From an uncultured delta proteobacterium (lineage in GTDB: Bacteria > Myxococcota > Myxococcia > Myxococcales > Anaeromyxobacteraceae): a DNA stretch of 64,000 bases. The notes under the pieces were generated by a model. The model was given only the letters and a program-made list of their open reading frames with translations. It was not told the DNA's origin and did not search any database. The stretch covers positions 256,001 through 320,000 of the forward strand of contig CAWFDF010000009.1 of assembly GCA_963814585.1 (NCBI GenBank). The letters are read 5' to 3'. Of the stretch, positions 56,525-64,000 are shown piece after piece (position 1 is the stretch's first letter; every line of letters starts with the position of its first letter). The translations under genes were made by a program, and so were the position numbers.

Positions 56525-57586
56525 ATGCTGCCGATCCTCTTCGCCATCGTCATCCCGGCCTGGCTGGTCAAGCCGGTGGCGGTGGTGGCGGTGCTGCTGG
56601 TGGTGCTGGCCCGGGCGCTGGCCTGGCGGCGCCGCTCGGCCCGCGCCGGGCACCCCGTCTCCCTCCTCGCCGCGCTCGGCGACGACTGGGTGGTCTCGGC
56701 CCTGCTGGTGGCGGCGCTCGCCGTGCTCTGGCGCGCCGGCCTGCTCGGCGCCGACCTGCGCCTGCCGCTCCACAGCTACGGCCTGCTCATCGCCGGCGGC
56801 TTCATCACCGGCATCTGGCTGGCGCAGCGGGAGGGGAAGCGGCGCGGGCAGGACCCGGAGCGGATCGCCGACCTGACCTTCTGGATCCTGGTGGCGGCGC
56901 TGGTGGGCAGCCGCGTCTACTTCATCCTGGTCAACTGGCGCGACTACTTCGAGGCCAGCACCTTCCTGGCCAACACCTCCTTCGGCCGGATCCCCCGGGT
57001 GCTGGCCATCTGGGAGGGCGGGCTGGTCTTCTACGGCGGCTTCATCGGGTCGGTGCTGGTGGCGTGGCTCTACATGCGGCGCCACGGCATGAACTTCCTG
57101 GCCCACGCCGACACGCTCATCCCGTCGGTGGCGCTCGGCCACTTCTTCGGCCGGCTGGGCTGCTACGCGGCGGGGTGCTGCTGGGGCGACGTGGCCCACG
57201 CCCACCTGCCGTGGATGGTCCACTTCCCGCCCGAGTCGCTGGCCTACCAGACCTTCGCCGGGCGGGCCACGCCCGGGGCCTTCCTGGCCGCCGACCGGAG
57301 CGCCACGCTGCCGCTCCACCCCACGCAGCTCTACGAGTCGTTCGGCGAGCTGGGGCTGTTCCTGCTGCTGGTGGTGGTGGTCCGGCCGCGCAAGCGCTTC
57401 CACGGGCAGGTCCTGGCGACCTGGCTCCTGCTCTACGCGGTGCTGCGCACGGTGGTGGAGTCGTTCCGCGGCGACGTGGAGCGGGGCGTGGTGCTGGGGC
57501 TGGGCGTGGGGACCTGGACCTCGCTGGTGATCTTCGCGGCCGGGGCGGCCATCTTCGCCAGCGCCGGCCGGCGCGCTAAGGTGTAG
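56525..57586 (+). CDS. lgt: Prolipoprotein diacylglyceryl transferase
   Basis: SYGLL, WEGGLVFYGG, GRLGC, HPTQLYE, ESFRGD. Confidence 0.93.
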   Translation: MLPILFAIVIPAWLVKPVAVVAVLLVVLARALAWRRRSARAGHPVSLLAALGDDWVVSALLVAALAVLWRAGLLGADLRLPLHSYGLLIAGGFITGIWLAQREGKRRGQDPERIADLTFWILVAALVGSRVYFILVNWRDYFEASTFLANTSFGRIPRVLAIWEGGLVFYGGFIGSVLVAWLYMRRHGMNFLAHADTLIPSVALGHFFGRLGCYAAGCCWGDVAHAHLPWMVHFPPESLAYQTFAGRATPGAFLAADRSATLPLHPTQLYESFGELGLFLLLVVVVRPRKRFHGQVLATWLLLYAVLRTVVESFRGDVERGVVLGLGVGTWTSLVIFAAGAAIFASAGRRAKV

Positions 57587-57589
57587 GGC

Positions 57590-58465
57590 GTGGCCACGCC
57601 CCTCAAGCCCCCACCGAAGCCCGGCGCGCCGCTGGCACCCGAGCCGGTCGAGGACAAGGGCCGCCACGCCACCGACGAGCTGGCCGACGCCTGCGCGGCG
57701 CTGGAGGCCGAGGTCGAGGAGCTGAAGGTGAAGTACGAGATGTACTTCCTCGGCGTGGAGCGCCACGAGCCGAACCGGACGCGCGACGAGCTGAAGAAGA
57801 AGGTGCTGCGGCTCAAGGAGCGCTTCACGCGCAACGCCGGCATCCGCTTCCGCGTCCAGTCGCTCCACGCCCGCTTCATCTCCTACGAGCGGCTCTGGAT
57901 GCGGAGCGCGCGGGAGAAGGAGGAGGGGACCTACCGGCGCGACCTCGTCAAGGCGCGGCGCAACGCCGGCCAGCGCGCCGGGGCGGCCCCGGGCAAGAAG
58001 GAGATCCTCCGCTTCTCCCAGGCCGAGGACGTGGACCTGTCGGACCTCGGCGACGAGGACGGGTTGGCCGACGCGGGGCCGGCCCCCGCACCAGCGGCGT
58101 CGGTTGGATCGACGCCGGTTCCCGGCTTCGCGCTCCCGCCGCCGGGGAGCGGGACGGCGGCCCGGCCGGCCGCACCGCCGACCCCGGCAGCTGCGCCAGC
58201 GCCCCGTCCGCCGGCGCCGACCGCTCGTCCGGCCGCGGCCGCGGCGCCCGGCGTCGACGCCCAGACCCGGGCGCTCTACGACGCCTACGTGGCGGCGCGG
58301 AGGAGCTGCAACCAGGACCTGGCCGGGATCACGCCCGACGCCATCGCCCGGACCATCGCCAAGCAGACGCCGGAGATCTTGAAGGCCCACAAGGCCAGGT
58401 CGGTGGAGTTCAAGGTCGAGGTCAAGGACGGGCGCGCCATCTTGAAGGCGGTCCCCAAGACCTGA
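57590..58465 (+). CDS. MXAN_5187 C-terminal-domain-like protein
   Basis: YEMYFLGVE..EP N-terminal domain; LYDAYVAARR.C...VEFKVEVKDGRAILKA C-terminus typical of this myxobacterial family. Confidence 0.75.
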   Translation: MATPLKPPPKPGAPLAPEPVEDKGRHATDELADACAALEAEVEELKVKYEMYFLGVERHEPNRTRDELKKKVLRLKERFTRNAGIRFRVQSLHARFISYERLWMRSAREKEEGTYRRDLVKARRNAGQRAGAAPGKKEILRFSQAEDVDLSDLGDEDGLADAGPAPAPAASVGSTPVPGFALPPPGSGTAARPAAPPTPAAAPAPRPPAPTARPAAAAAPGVDAQTRALYDAYVAARRSCNQDLAGITPDAIARTIAKQTPEILKAHKARSVEFKVEVKDGRAILKAVPKT

Positions 58466-58568
58466 GGGATGGCCCGGGGCGCCCGGGACGTCGCCAGGGT
58501 TGCATCCCGGGGCCCGTGATCGTAAAAGGCAGCGCCCTCGGCGGGAGCGCCGGGGGCGCACGCAGGAA

Positions 58569-58641
58569 GCCTGGATAGCTCAGATGGTAGAGCAGGGGAC
58601 TGAAAATCCCCGTGTCCCTGGTTCGATTCCGGGTCCAGGCA
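58569..58641 (+). tRNA. tRNA-Phe(GAA), probable integration site
   Basis: Acceptor stem GCCTGGA/TCCAGGC, anticodon arm GGGGA-CTGAAAA-TCCCC, GGTTCGATTCC; followed by TCA rather than CCA. Confidence 0.97.
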
Positions 58642-58661
58642 TCACAGCACGTCCGACATCA

Positions 58662-58703
58662 GAGGCCCCGTGGACTGCAAAGTCCCCGGGGCCTCACTGT
58701 TTT
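58662..58703 (+). terminator. Terminator hairpin after tRNA-Phe
   Basis: GAGGCCCCG-TGGACT-GCAA-AGTCCC-CGGGGCCTC followed by ACTGTTTT. Confidence 0.7.
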
Positions 58704-59857
58704 CTGGGGGTGGTGTCGGTCAGTGGCGACGGGTCGGCCGGGGGTCCACCCGGTCCACCGGATCCAGCCGATCCCGGGGCGGCTGATACAATGCTGCTAC
58801 AGTTTTCGACCCTCGACACGGGGAGTCCCATGGCCCGCGCCATGAGCCCCGCCAGCTGCGCCGGCGTCTGCCGGCCGTAGACTCGCTCCAGCATCCGCGT
58901 GTCCTTGTGGCCCATCGCCTGGGCGATGGGGAAGAGCGGCACGCCCGCCTCCACCTGCCAACTGGCGAAGGTGCGCCGCAGATCGTTCGGGCTGCAGCGC
59001 TCGATGCCGGCCCGTTCGCAGGCCTCGGCGAGGTCGCGCCGCACGTTGCGCCAGGCCGTGAAGAGGGCGCCCTGGGTGCCGCCGGCGTGCTCGAGCGCGT
59101 GCTCGAGCAGCGAGCGCTGCGCCGGGCTCACGATCGGCACGGTGCGGAAGCGGGTCTTCCGCTTGGTGCCGCGCAGGAGGACCGTCGCGAGGCCCTCGCC
59201 CACGTCCTCGCGCCGGGCCAGCTCGGTCTCGCGCCAGCAGGCCGAGGTCGAGACGATGAAGGCCACCCGGGCGGCCCGGTCCGGCAGCAGCTCGGCCAGG
59301 AGCTTCGAGAGCTCGCCGGCCGGGAGGGCCCGCTTACGCGGCTCGTAGCCCGGCGAGAAGGCGACCGGGATGACCTCCTCGACCCGGCCGCGCCAGGCGC
59401 CCGCCCGGATGGCGAGCCGCAGCGACTTGCGCAGCACCACCAGCTCCTTGGCGACGGTGGTGTCGGCCACCCCCTCGCCACGCCGGACCGAGATGTACCG
59501 GTCGACGTCGTTGGCGCGAAGTGACGCGAGCGGGAAGGGGACCTGGGCGCCGTCCTTGCCGACCTCGAAGACCCGGACCAGGTGGCCCGCCTTGCTCCTG
59601 TGGAACGCGGTGGTGTCCGGGCTGCGCCGGCCGGCCTGGACCTCCTCCTCGTCCCGAGCCAGGAGGAGCTGCAGCGCCCCCGTCAGTGTCGCGGTCCGCG
59701 CGGCAGCGTGATCCGGATCGGCTGCGTCCCGCTCCCACTGCCGGGCGACGAGCTCGGCCGCGGACCGGTCGCGGCACTTGGTGGTCCGGACCACCCGGCG
59801 CCCCTGCTCGTAGAACCAGCCGTACCAGAGCCTTCCCCGCTTGAAGAGCCGCTGCAT
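58694..59857 (-). CDS. Tyrosine recombinase / phage-type integrase
   Basis: Arm-binding-like N-terminus (KRGRLWYGWF), LRGTK, NDLRRTFAS, MGH, ERVY. Confidence 0.9.
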   Translation of the reverse strand: MQRLFKRGRLWYGWFYEQGRRVVRTTKCRDRSAAELVARQWERDAADPDHAAARTATLTGALQLLLARDEEEVQAGRRSPDTTAFHRSKAGHLVRVFEVGKDGAQVPFPLASLRANDVDRYISVRRGEGVADTTVAKELVVLRKSLRLAIRAGAWRGRVEEVIPVAFSPGYEPRKRALPAGELSKLLAELLPDRAARVAFIVSTSACWRETELARREDVGEGLATVLLRGTKRKTRFRTVPIVSPAQRSLLEHALEHAGGTQGALFTAWRNVRRDLAEACERAGIERCSPNDLRRTFASWQVEAGVPLFPIAQAMGHKDTRMLERVYGRQTPAQLAGLMARAMGLPVSRVENCSSIVSAAPGSAGSGGPGGPPADPSPLTDTTPRKQ

Positions 59858-60057
59858 GACAGCACCTCCCTGGCGTACCGCTCCCAGACATCGAGTTGGA
59901 CCCTGAGGAGCCCACGCTCTCCCTGCGGCCGCCGCGCGGCACGCCGCAGGTGCTCGTATGCGAGCGCCCGGGAGCACCCCAGCGCGCGCCGGACCTCGGT
60001 GGCCGAGACCCACATCGTGACCAGCCCGAGCCGGATCTTGCCGGTCGCGATGTCCAC
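59683..60057 (-). CDS. Excisionase-like HTH protein overlapping the int 5' end
   Basis: VSATEVRRALGCSRALAYEHL (AlpA/Xis-like HTH); the Ser/Gly tail overlaps int in another frame. Confidence 0.65.
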   Translation of the reverse strand: MDIATGKIRLGLVTMWVSATEVRRALGCSRALAYEHLRRAARRPQGERGLLRVQLDVWERYAREVLSCSGSSSGEGSGTAGSTSRGAGWSGPPSAATGPRPSSSPGSGSGTQPIRITLPRGPRH

Positions 60058-60058
60058 T

Positions 60059-60394
60059 TCAGCGCCCCTTCCGTCCCTTGCCCGGGGCGTCGAAGCCCGG
60101 CCCCTGGTCGCGCACCGCGAGGCTCCGCTGGAAGAGCAGGTGGAGCAGGTAGGTGTACCGGTCCATCCTGAGCGCCGAGCGGTCCTCGTCGAGGACCGTC
60201 GTCGCCGCCTCCGGGAGGCCGAAGTCGTCGAGGAAGGCGTTGGTCAGCTTGACGACGAGCGCTGTGAGATCGAGCCCTCTCCGATCTGCTTCGGCCCGGA
60301 GCCTAGCCACCAACTCCTTCGGCATCCTGAAGGTCTGCATGATCTTCTCGGTCGTCAACAGGTCCTGACCCGCCACAGCCTTCCTCGACACCAT
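60059..60394 (-). CDS. Ribbon-helix-helix (Arc/CopG-like) DNA-binding protein
   Basis: MQTFRMPKELVARLRAEADRRGLDLTALV pattern; first gene of the RHH-xis-int unit. Confidence 0.7.
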   Translation of the reverse strand: MVSRKAVAGQDLLTTEKIMQTFRMPKELVARLRAEADRRGLDLTALVVKLTNAFLDDFGLPEAATTVLDEDRSALRMDRYTYLLHLLFQRSLAVRDQGPGFDAPGKGRKGR

Positions 60395-60839
60395 CGTCCC
60401 CACCTTCCCGTTGTCAGTCCTACGACTAGCATTATGTATAGACACATTCGATGCTTTTCTACCTTTCCTCTGTACCCTGATGTGTCGTTTCTGGTTTGAA
60501 CTTTGGATCCATGACACCACCCCAACCCTTGGTCCCGAACCGAGATCACCGTTCCAGAACACCAGCCATGCCCCGCCGCCGCCCACCTTCTCCGCTCCCT
60601 GCCCAACATCCGCCCGACCCCTTCCACTCAAGTGGTCGAGTGGGAGGGGTCGGGCGGATGGCGGGCCTCACACCGGTGTGCACGCCAGCTCTGGGCGGTA
60701 GGGCCAAGCCGAGCCCGATCGAGCGGTTGCGAGATCGAATCGCGTCCCAATCCTGTCAGGCGGGTGGTGCTCAATCCTGTCCTCGCCGCAGGACACCCCA
60801 GAGGACACCCCACACGCGCGATCTCGCAGAAAGCCGCGT

Positions 60840-60950
60840 GTTGGTCCGCGCGGACCAACTCACCGATTTCCGTGCAGACCCCCTCGCTGGTCCACGTGGA
60901 CCAGGAGGCCCCTCGCCGAAAACGTGCGGGTTGGTCCGCGCGGACCAACC
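60840..60950. repeat. Three parS-like palindromes TGGTCCRCGYGGACCA
   Basis: GTTGGTCCGCGCGGACCAAC (60840-60859), CTGGTCCACGTGGACCAG (60887-60904), GGTTGGTCCGCGCGGACCAACC (60929-60950). Confidence 0.9.
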
Positions 60951-61102
60951 GCGGCAATTCCGCATGGGCACCGGAGTCTCCGTGCCCAAAGATCCCCGTG
61001 TCCTGGCTCGACTCCAGGCTCAGGCACATCGTCCGAGCTGGTTCGAAGTCGACGACGCCCTGGTGCTTGCGATCGTCTAGGACTGCGGGTCTACTGCATC
61101 AC

Positions 61103-62380
61103 ATGAAGAACATGGTTGGCACGGCCTTCGTGGTTGCGCTCCTGGTGCCTGCGTGGGCTGCTGGAGCGCCGACCCCGGGCTTCGCTTACGGCGTACGAGG
61201 TGCCGACCAGGCCGATTCGTCGACGCTCAAGTGACAGCTCCAAGGCGGCTGGGTCGAGGTCCTGGGCAGCAAGGCCGTCTGGCACCGTGCCGCAGCGACG
61301 ACCATTGCGGTTGACATTCCAGAGTCAGAATACGCAGTCGACGGGCGGGGCGGCGTAATTGACGCTGTCTGGTGTGGCAATGTCGACGGGGATCTCGTCT
61401 TGTTTCATGAAGGCCGGTACTTGTCGAAGGAAGGCGACTTCTCGGATGGCGGCGGCTTCAGGATGGACGGGCGCTCCAGCGTGGTTCGCTGGAAACTTGC
61501 GGTTGGCCCTGGCCTCGGCGAACCGGTGCGCGATGGCAACTCTGTCTACCTGACGTCATACGGCGCCGTGGGGAAGCTCGACCTGAACAAGGGCCAGTTC
61601 CTTTGGAGACATCGCTCGCTGGATCGAAGCCCTGGCCTCTACCACCACTTCAAAGCTCCTCTGCTGGAGGGCACCCGGATCACGTTCCCCGCGACGAATC
61701 GCTGGTACGGCGCTCCACCTCCAGACTCATGGCCCAAGGCCATCGTGCTGGACAGGTCCAGTGGCCGGATCCTTGAAGGTGCTCCTCCGCCTCTCTTGCC
61801 TGAGGTGGCGCCGTACCGAGTATCGGACCACCAGTGCGAGTACGAAGTCTTCTACCAACGCGGCTGGGTGGAGGAACGCGTCCGGTTCGTCGTTATGCTT
61901 GGGGACCGGATGCGGGAGGGCTACTTCGGCGACCCCTTCTCACCACCTCCCGCGGGCCCGACGATGGACCAGACATTCGCCTCGGCACATAGGTACGTGC
62001 AGAGGCAGAGCAAGTTCGAGAGCCTGTCTACGATCTGGCCCGTTCCTCCCCAGCTGGAGCCAGTGGTCAAGTACGTTCGCTCCCGTCTCCAGGCCGAGGT
62101 CTGGATAGAGGAGGCTTCTGGCACGTGCTGCGAGACGGCTGATCTTGCGCCACTTCGAGCTGGCGCGAACGGCGCAGCACTCGCCAAGCCATGCGACGCA
62201 GCAGTACCCGTTGCGCCGGTCAGGCCGGCGGCCCAGTGCGAGGCTGCCCTCCAGGCATGGCGGGCCTGCGCAAGTCGCGAGCTGACCGCGAAGCTTGGGC
62301 CCTATCCTGCAACTGCCTGGCAGGACTTTCAGGCGGCAGGGGAGGTCGTCCTCCGCGCGGTCGAGTGCAAGACGCGCTAG
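61103..62380 (+). pseudogene. Secreted protein with a PQQ-like propeller segment, one in-frame TGA at 61232-61234
   Basis: Signal peptide MKNMVGTAFVVALLVPAWA. The same frame is open from 61235 to 62380; VYL...GKLDLNKGQFLW resembles a PQQ-like repeat. Confidence 0.6.
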
Positions 62381-62426
62381 GACGGCGTGACGAGCGGGAG
62401 CGCGCTGTGATGGTGGTGGGCTTGGC

Positions 62427-62795
62427 TTACGTTGCTCGGTGCCCGGCCGCCCTCCTTGGTGCGTGACGCTTCCCCGAAGCCGATGGCCTCTTAAAGGTCG
62501 GCGACCTGGCGGGGCTGAGCGACAACTCCGCTCCGAGGGCCTGGGCCAGCGCCGCGATGGTCGAGAGCGTGGGGTTGGAGTTACCCGCTTCGATGCGGCT
62601 GATCTCGGCCTGCTGGATCCCGGCCTTCGCACCGAGTTGCCGCTGCGTCAGCCCGCGCGCCTTCCGAAGTTCGAGAACCTCCAGCGCGAGCCGGTAGAAG
62701 GCTCCGAACGCGGCGTACTCAGCGAGGGCCTTCTGACCGCCGCGCCGGGCCTCCTCCTGCAGCTCTTTCATGAAGTCACCGAACTTGTTGCTCAT
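62427..62795 (-). CDS. XRE-family HTH regulator (HigA/HipB-like)
   Basis: LRKARGLTQRQLGAKAGIQQAEISRIEAGNSNPTLSTIAALAQALG; start MSNKF. Confidence 0.85.
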   Translation of the reverse strand: MSNKFGDFMKELQEEARRGGQKALAEYAAFGAFYRLALEVLELRKARGLTQRQLGAKAGIQQAEISRIEAGNSNPTLSTIAALAQALGAELSLSPARSPTFKRPSASGKRHAPRRAAGHRAT

Positions 62796-62889
62796 GGGGC
62801 GCCTCCACTGGGTGGTCTCGCGCTTTGAACATGTGCCTTGACACATCTTGCACCAAGGGACCCTGAACCTGCGGGAGGAAGCCTGGAGC

Positions 62890-62918
62890 TTGCGCCTGTG
62901 CATACAACGTATTACGCT
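62890..62918 (+). promoter_or_regulatory. Putative promoter/operator of the PIN TA pair
   Basis: TTGCGC-N17-TACGCT with inverted ATAC-AAC-GTAT in the spacer. Confidence 0.55.
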
Positions 62919-62924
62919 AGGGCC

Positions 62925-63179
62925 ATGGCCAAGCAGGCGATCATCCCGGTGAGAGTGACCAGCGCCGACCGGGCGGCGCTCAAGGCGGCCGCAGGCGCCG
63001 AGCCGGTCTCGACCTGGTTGCGACGCCTGGGGCTCGAGGAGGCGAAGCGGCGGGCCGCAGCCAGGTCGGTCTCGGACCTCCTGGATGAGGCCCGGTCCCA
63101 GGGCTTCGGGATGTCCGACGCCGCGGCCGCCAAGCTCGCCGAGCAGGCCACCCACGCGGTTCGTCGTCGCGCCCGGTGA
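62925..63179 (+). CDS. Putative antitoxin (RHH-like)
   Basis: 84 aa, IIPVRVTSADRAALKAAA..PVSTWLRRL; GTGA overlap with the PIN gene. Confidence 0.75.
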   Translation: MAKQAIIPVRVTSADRAALKAAAGAEPVSTWLRRLGLEEAKRRAAARSVSDLLDEARSQGFGMSDAAAAKLAEQATHAVRRRAR

Positions 63180-63628
63180 CCGTTCGGGCGGTGGTGGACA
63201 CCAACGTGGTGGTGTCGGGCATCCTCAGCCCAGGCGGGAAACCGGCCGCCGTCCTCAGGGCCGCAGGCGTCTCCTTCCAGCTCGTCTGGACGCCAGGCAT
63301 CGTGGCCGAGTGCCTGCGCGTGCTGGCCTACCCCCACATCGCCAAGACCCTGGCGCCGAAGCGGCGGCAGGAGTACGCGCGCCAGGTGGTGGCCGGCCTC
63401 GCTGCCGGCGCCGACATGGTGTCACCGGAGATGCTGCCGAAGCTTCGCGTCGTGAAGGCCGACCCCGACGATGACCTGTTCCTCGCCACGGCGCTCGCCG
63501 GGGGCGCGCAGGTCCTTGTAAGCGGAGACCGACGGCACCTGCTTTCGATGCGGGAGTACGCCGGCGTCCGCATCATCGACACCGCGGCCTTCCTCGCTGA
63601 GTTGGAGCAGCCGGAGACGGACGGGTAG
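63176..63628 (+). CDS. PIN-domain toxin (VapC/PIN_3-like)
   Basis: VVDTNVVVSG, E, DPDDDLFL, LVSGDRRHLL. Confidence 0.92.
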   Translation: MTVRAVVDTNVVVSGILSPGGKPAAVLRAAGVSFQLVWTPGIVAECLRVLAYPHIAKTLAPKRRQEYARQVVAGLAAGADMVSPEMLPKLRVVKADPDDDLFLATALAGGAQVLVSGDRRHLLSMREYAGVRIIDTAAFLAELEQPETDG

Positions 63629-63659
63629 ATCAAGCCTTCTGCCGCGCCTCAGGGGCCTC

Positions 63660-63924
63660 TCACCTCGCAGCCCGGAGCTCGCGAAGGAGATCCTCGGCCG
63701 AGACCGACCTGCCAGCCGTAATCCTTCTTCGGCCTGCCGGAGCGAAGCATGGAGCCGGGCACGTTCGTCGTCGGCCATGTCCACGAGGGGCTCGACCTTG
63801 CCCGGGCTCGCGTACGGATCGCTCGCATCCCGCAGGTACTCGAGGTAGCGACGGGCTGCCTGCTCCTCCCCGGCGGGTAGCGCGTCGATGAGGGCGTGGA
63901 ATCCCTTCGGGCCGCGTTGCTCAT
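63660..63924 (-). pseudogene. Frameshifted small antitoxin-like gene
   Basis: Joining frames gives MSNAAR..FHALIDALPAGEEQAARRYLEYLRD...DDERARLHASLRQAEE..AGRSVSAEDLLRELRAAR*, which needs about three shifts. Confidence 0.5.
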
Positions 63925-64000
63925 GTGGGAATCCTGGCGACCCACGCCACGGTCCGCCACCCGGGGGACGGCCACCCAGGATCCAGGCGCCCGACCGCGC

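Larger units (their letters stand above)
58642..64000. mobile_element. Integrative element / genomic island at tRNA-Phe (continues beyond the window)
   Basis: tRNA-adjacent integrase, xis-like and RHH genes, TA genes, and visibly more A/T-rich sequence from ~60400 to 62900. Confidence 0.85.

Noticed and set aside
60840..60950. Mini CRISPR array
   Set aside because: Repeats are short perfect palindromes without a loop, the middle one differs, spacers are under 30 bp, and no cas genes are present.
60496..61100. Short overlapping ORFs in the island's intergenic region
   Set aside because: No recognisable motifs; repeated peptides (LVRADQ, WSARTN) are just translations of the palindromes.
61232..61280. 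Selenocysteine codon
   Set aside because: No redox Cys-type context and no convincing SECIS hairpin; Trp fits the local sequence better.

Overview
Very GC-rich chromosomal segment spanning the replication origin of a myxobacterium. The Anaeromyxobacter-like assignment is an inference from gene content and protein sequences. Left to right: dinG-like helicase (truncated by the window edge), lpoA-like lipoprotein, dnaJ-dnaK-grpE-hrcA, mfd, three PpiC/SurA-type PPIases plus pdxA, ychF, and an ATP synthase split into F0 and F1 blocks by gyrA-TPR-hemL. Then hsp20, bactofilin, parB-parA with two parS sites, rsmG, jag-yidC-yidD-rnpA-rpmH, dnaA-oriC-dnaN-recF-gyrB, a fabH-like gene, tRNA-Gln, several accessory genes, and ileS-lspA-lgt. 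From tRNA-Phe (58569) to the window end lies the left part of an integrative element (tyrosine integrase, xis-like, RHH regulator, toxin-antitoxin genes). About ten single-base indels break conserved genes, including dnaK, gyrB and ileS; they are most likely read or assembly errors. Most interesting non-routine signals: (1) a 183-bp non-coding palindromic element in three copies (one internally deleted), with co-varying terminal stems, one copy supplying the jag stop codon; (2) three regularly spaced parS-like palindromes inside the island, symmetrically different from the host parS; (3) an integrase with altered catalytic residues; (4) a Pro-rich lipoprotein with a duplicated His/Cys motif; (5) a structured gap between the convergent pdxA and ychF genes.
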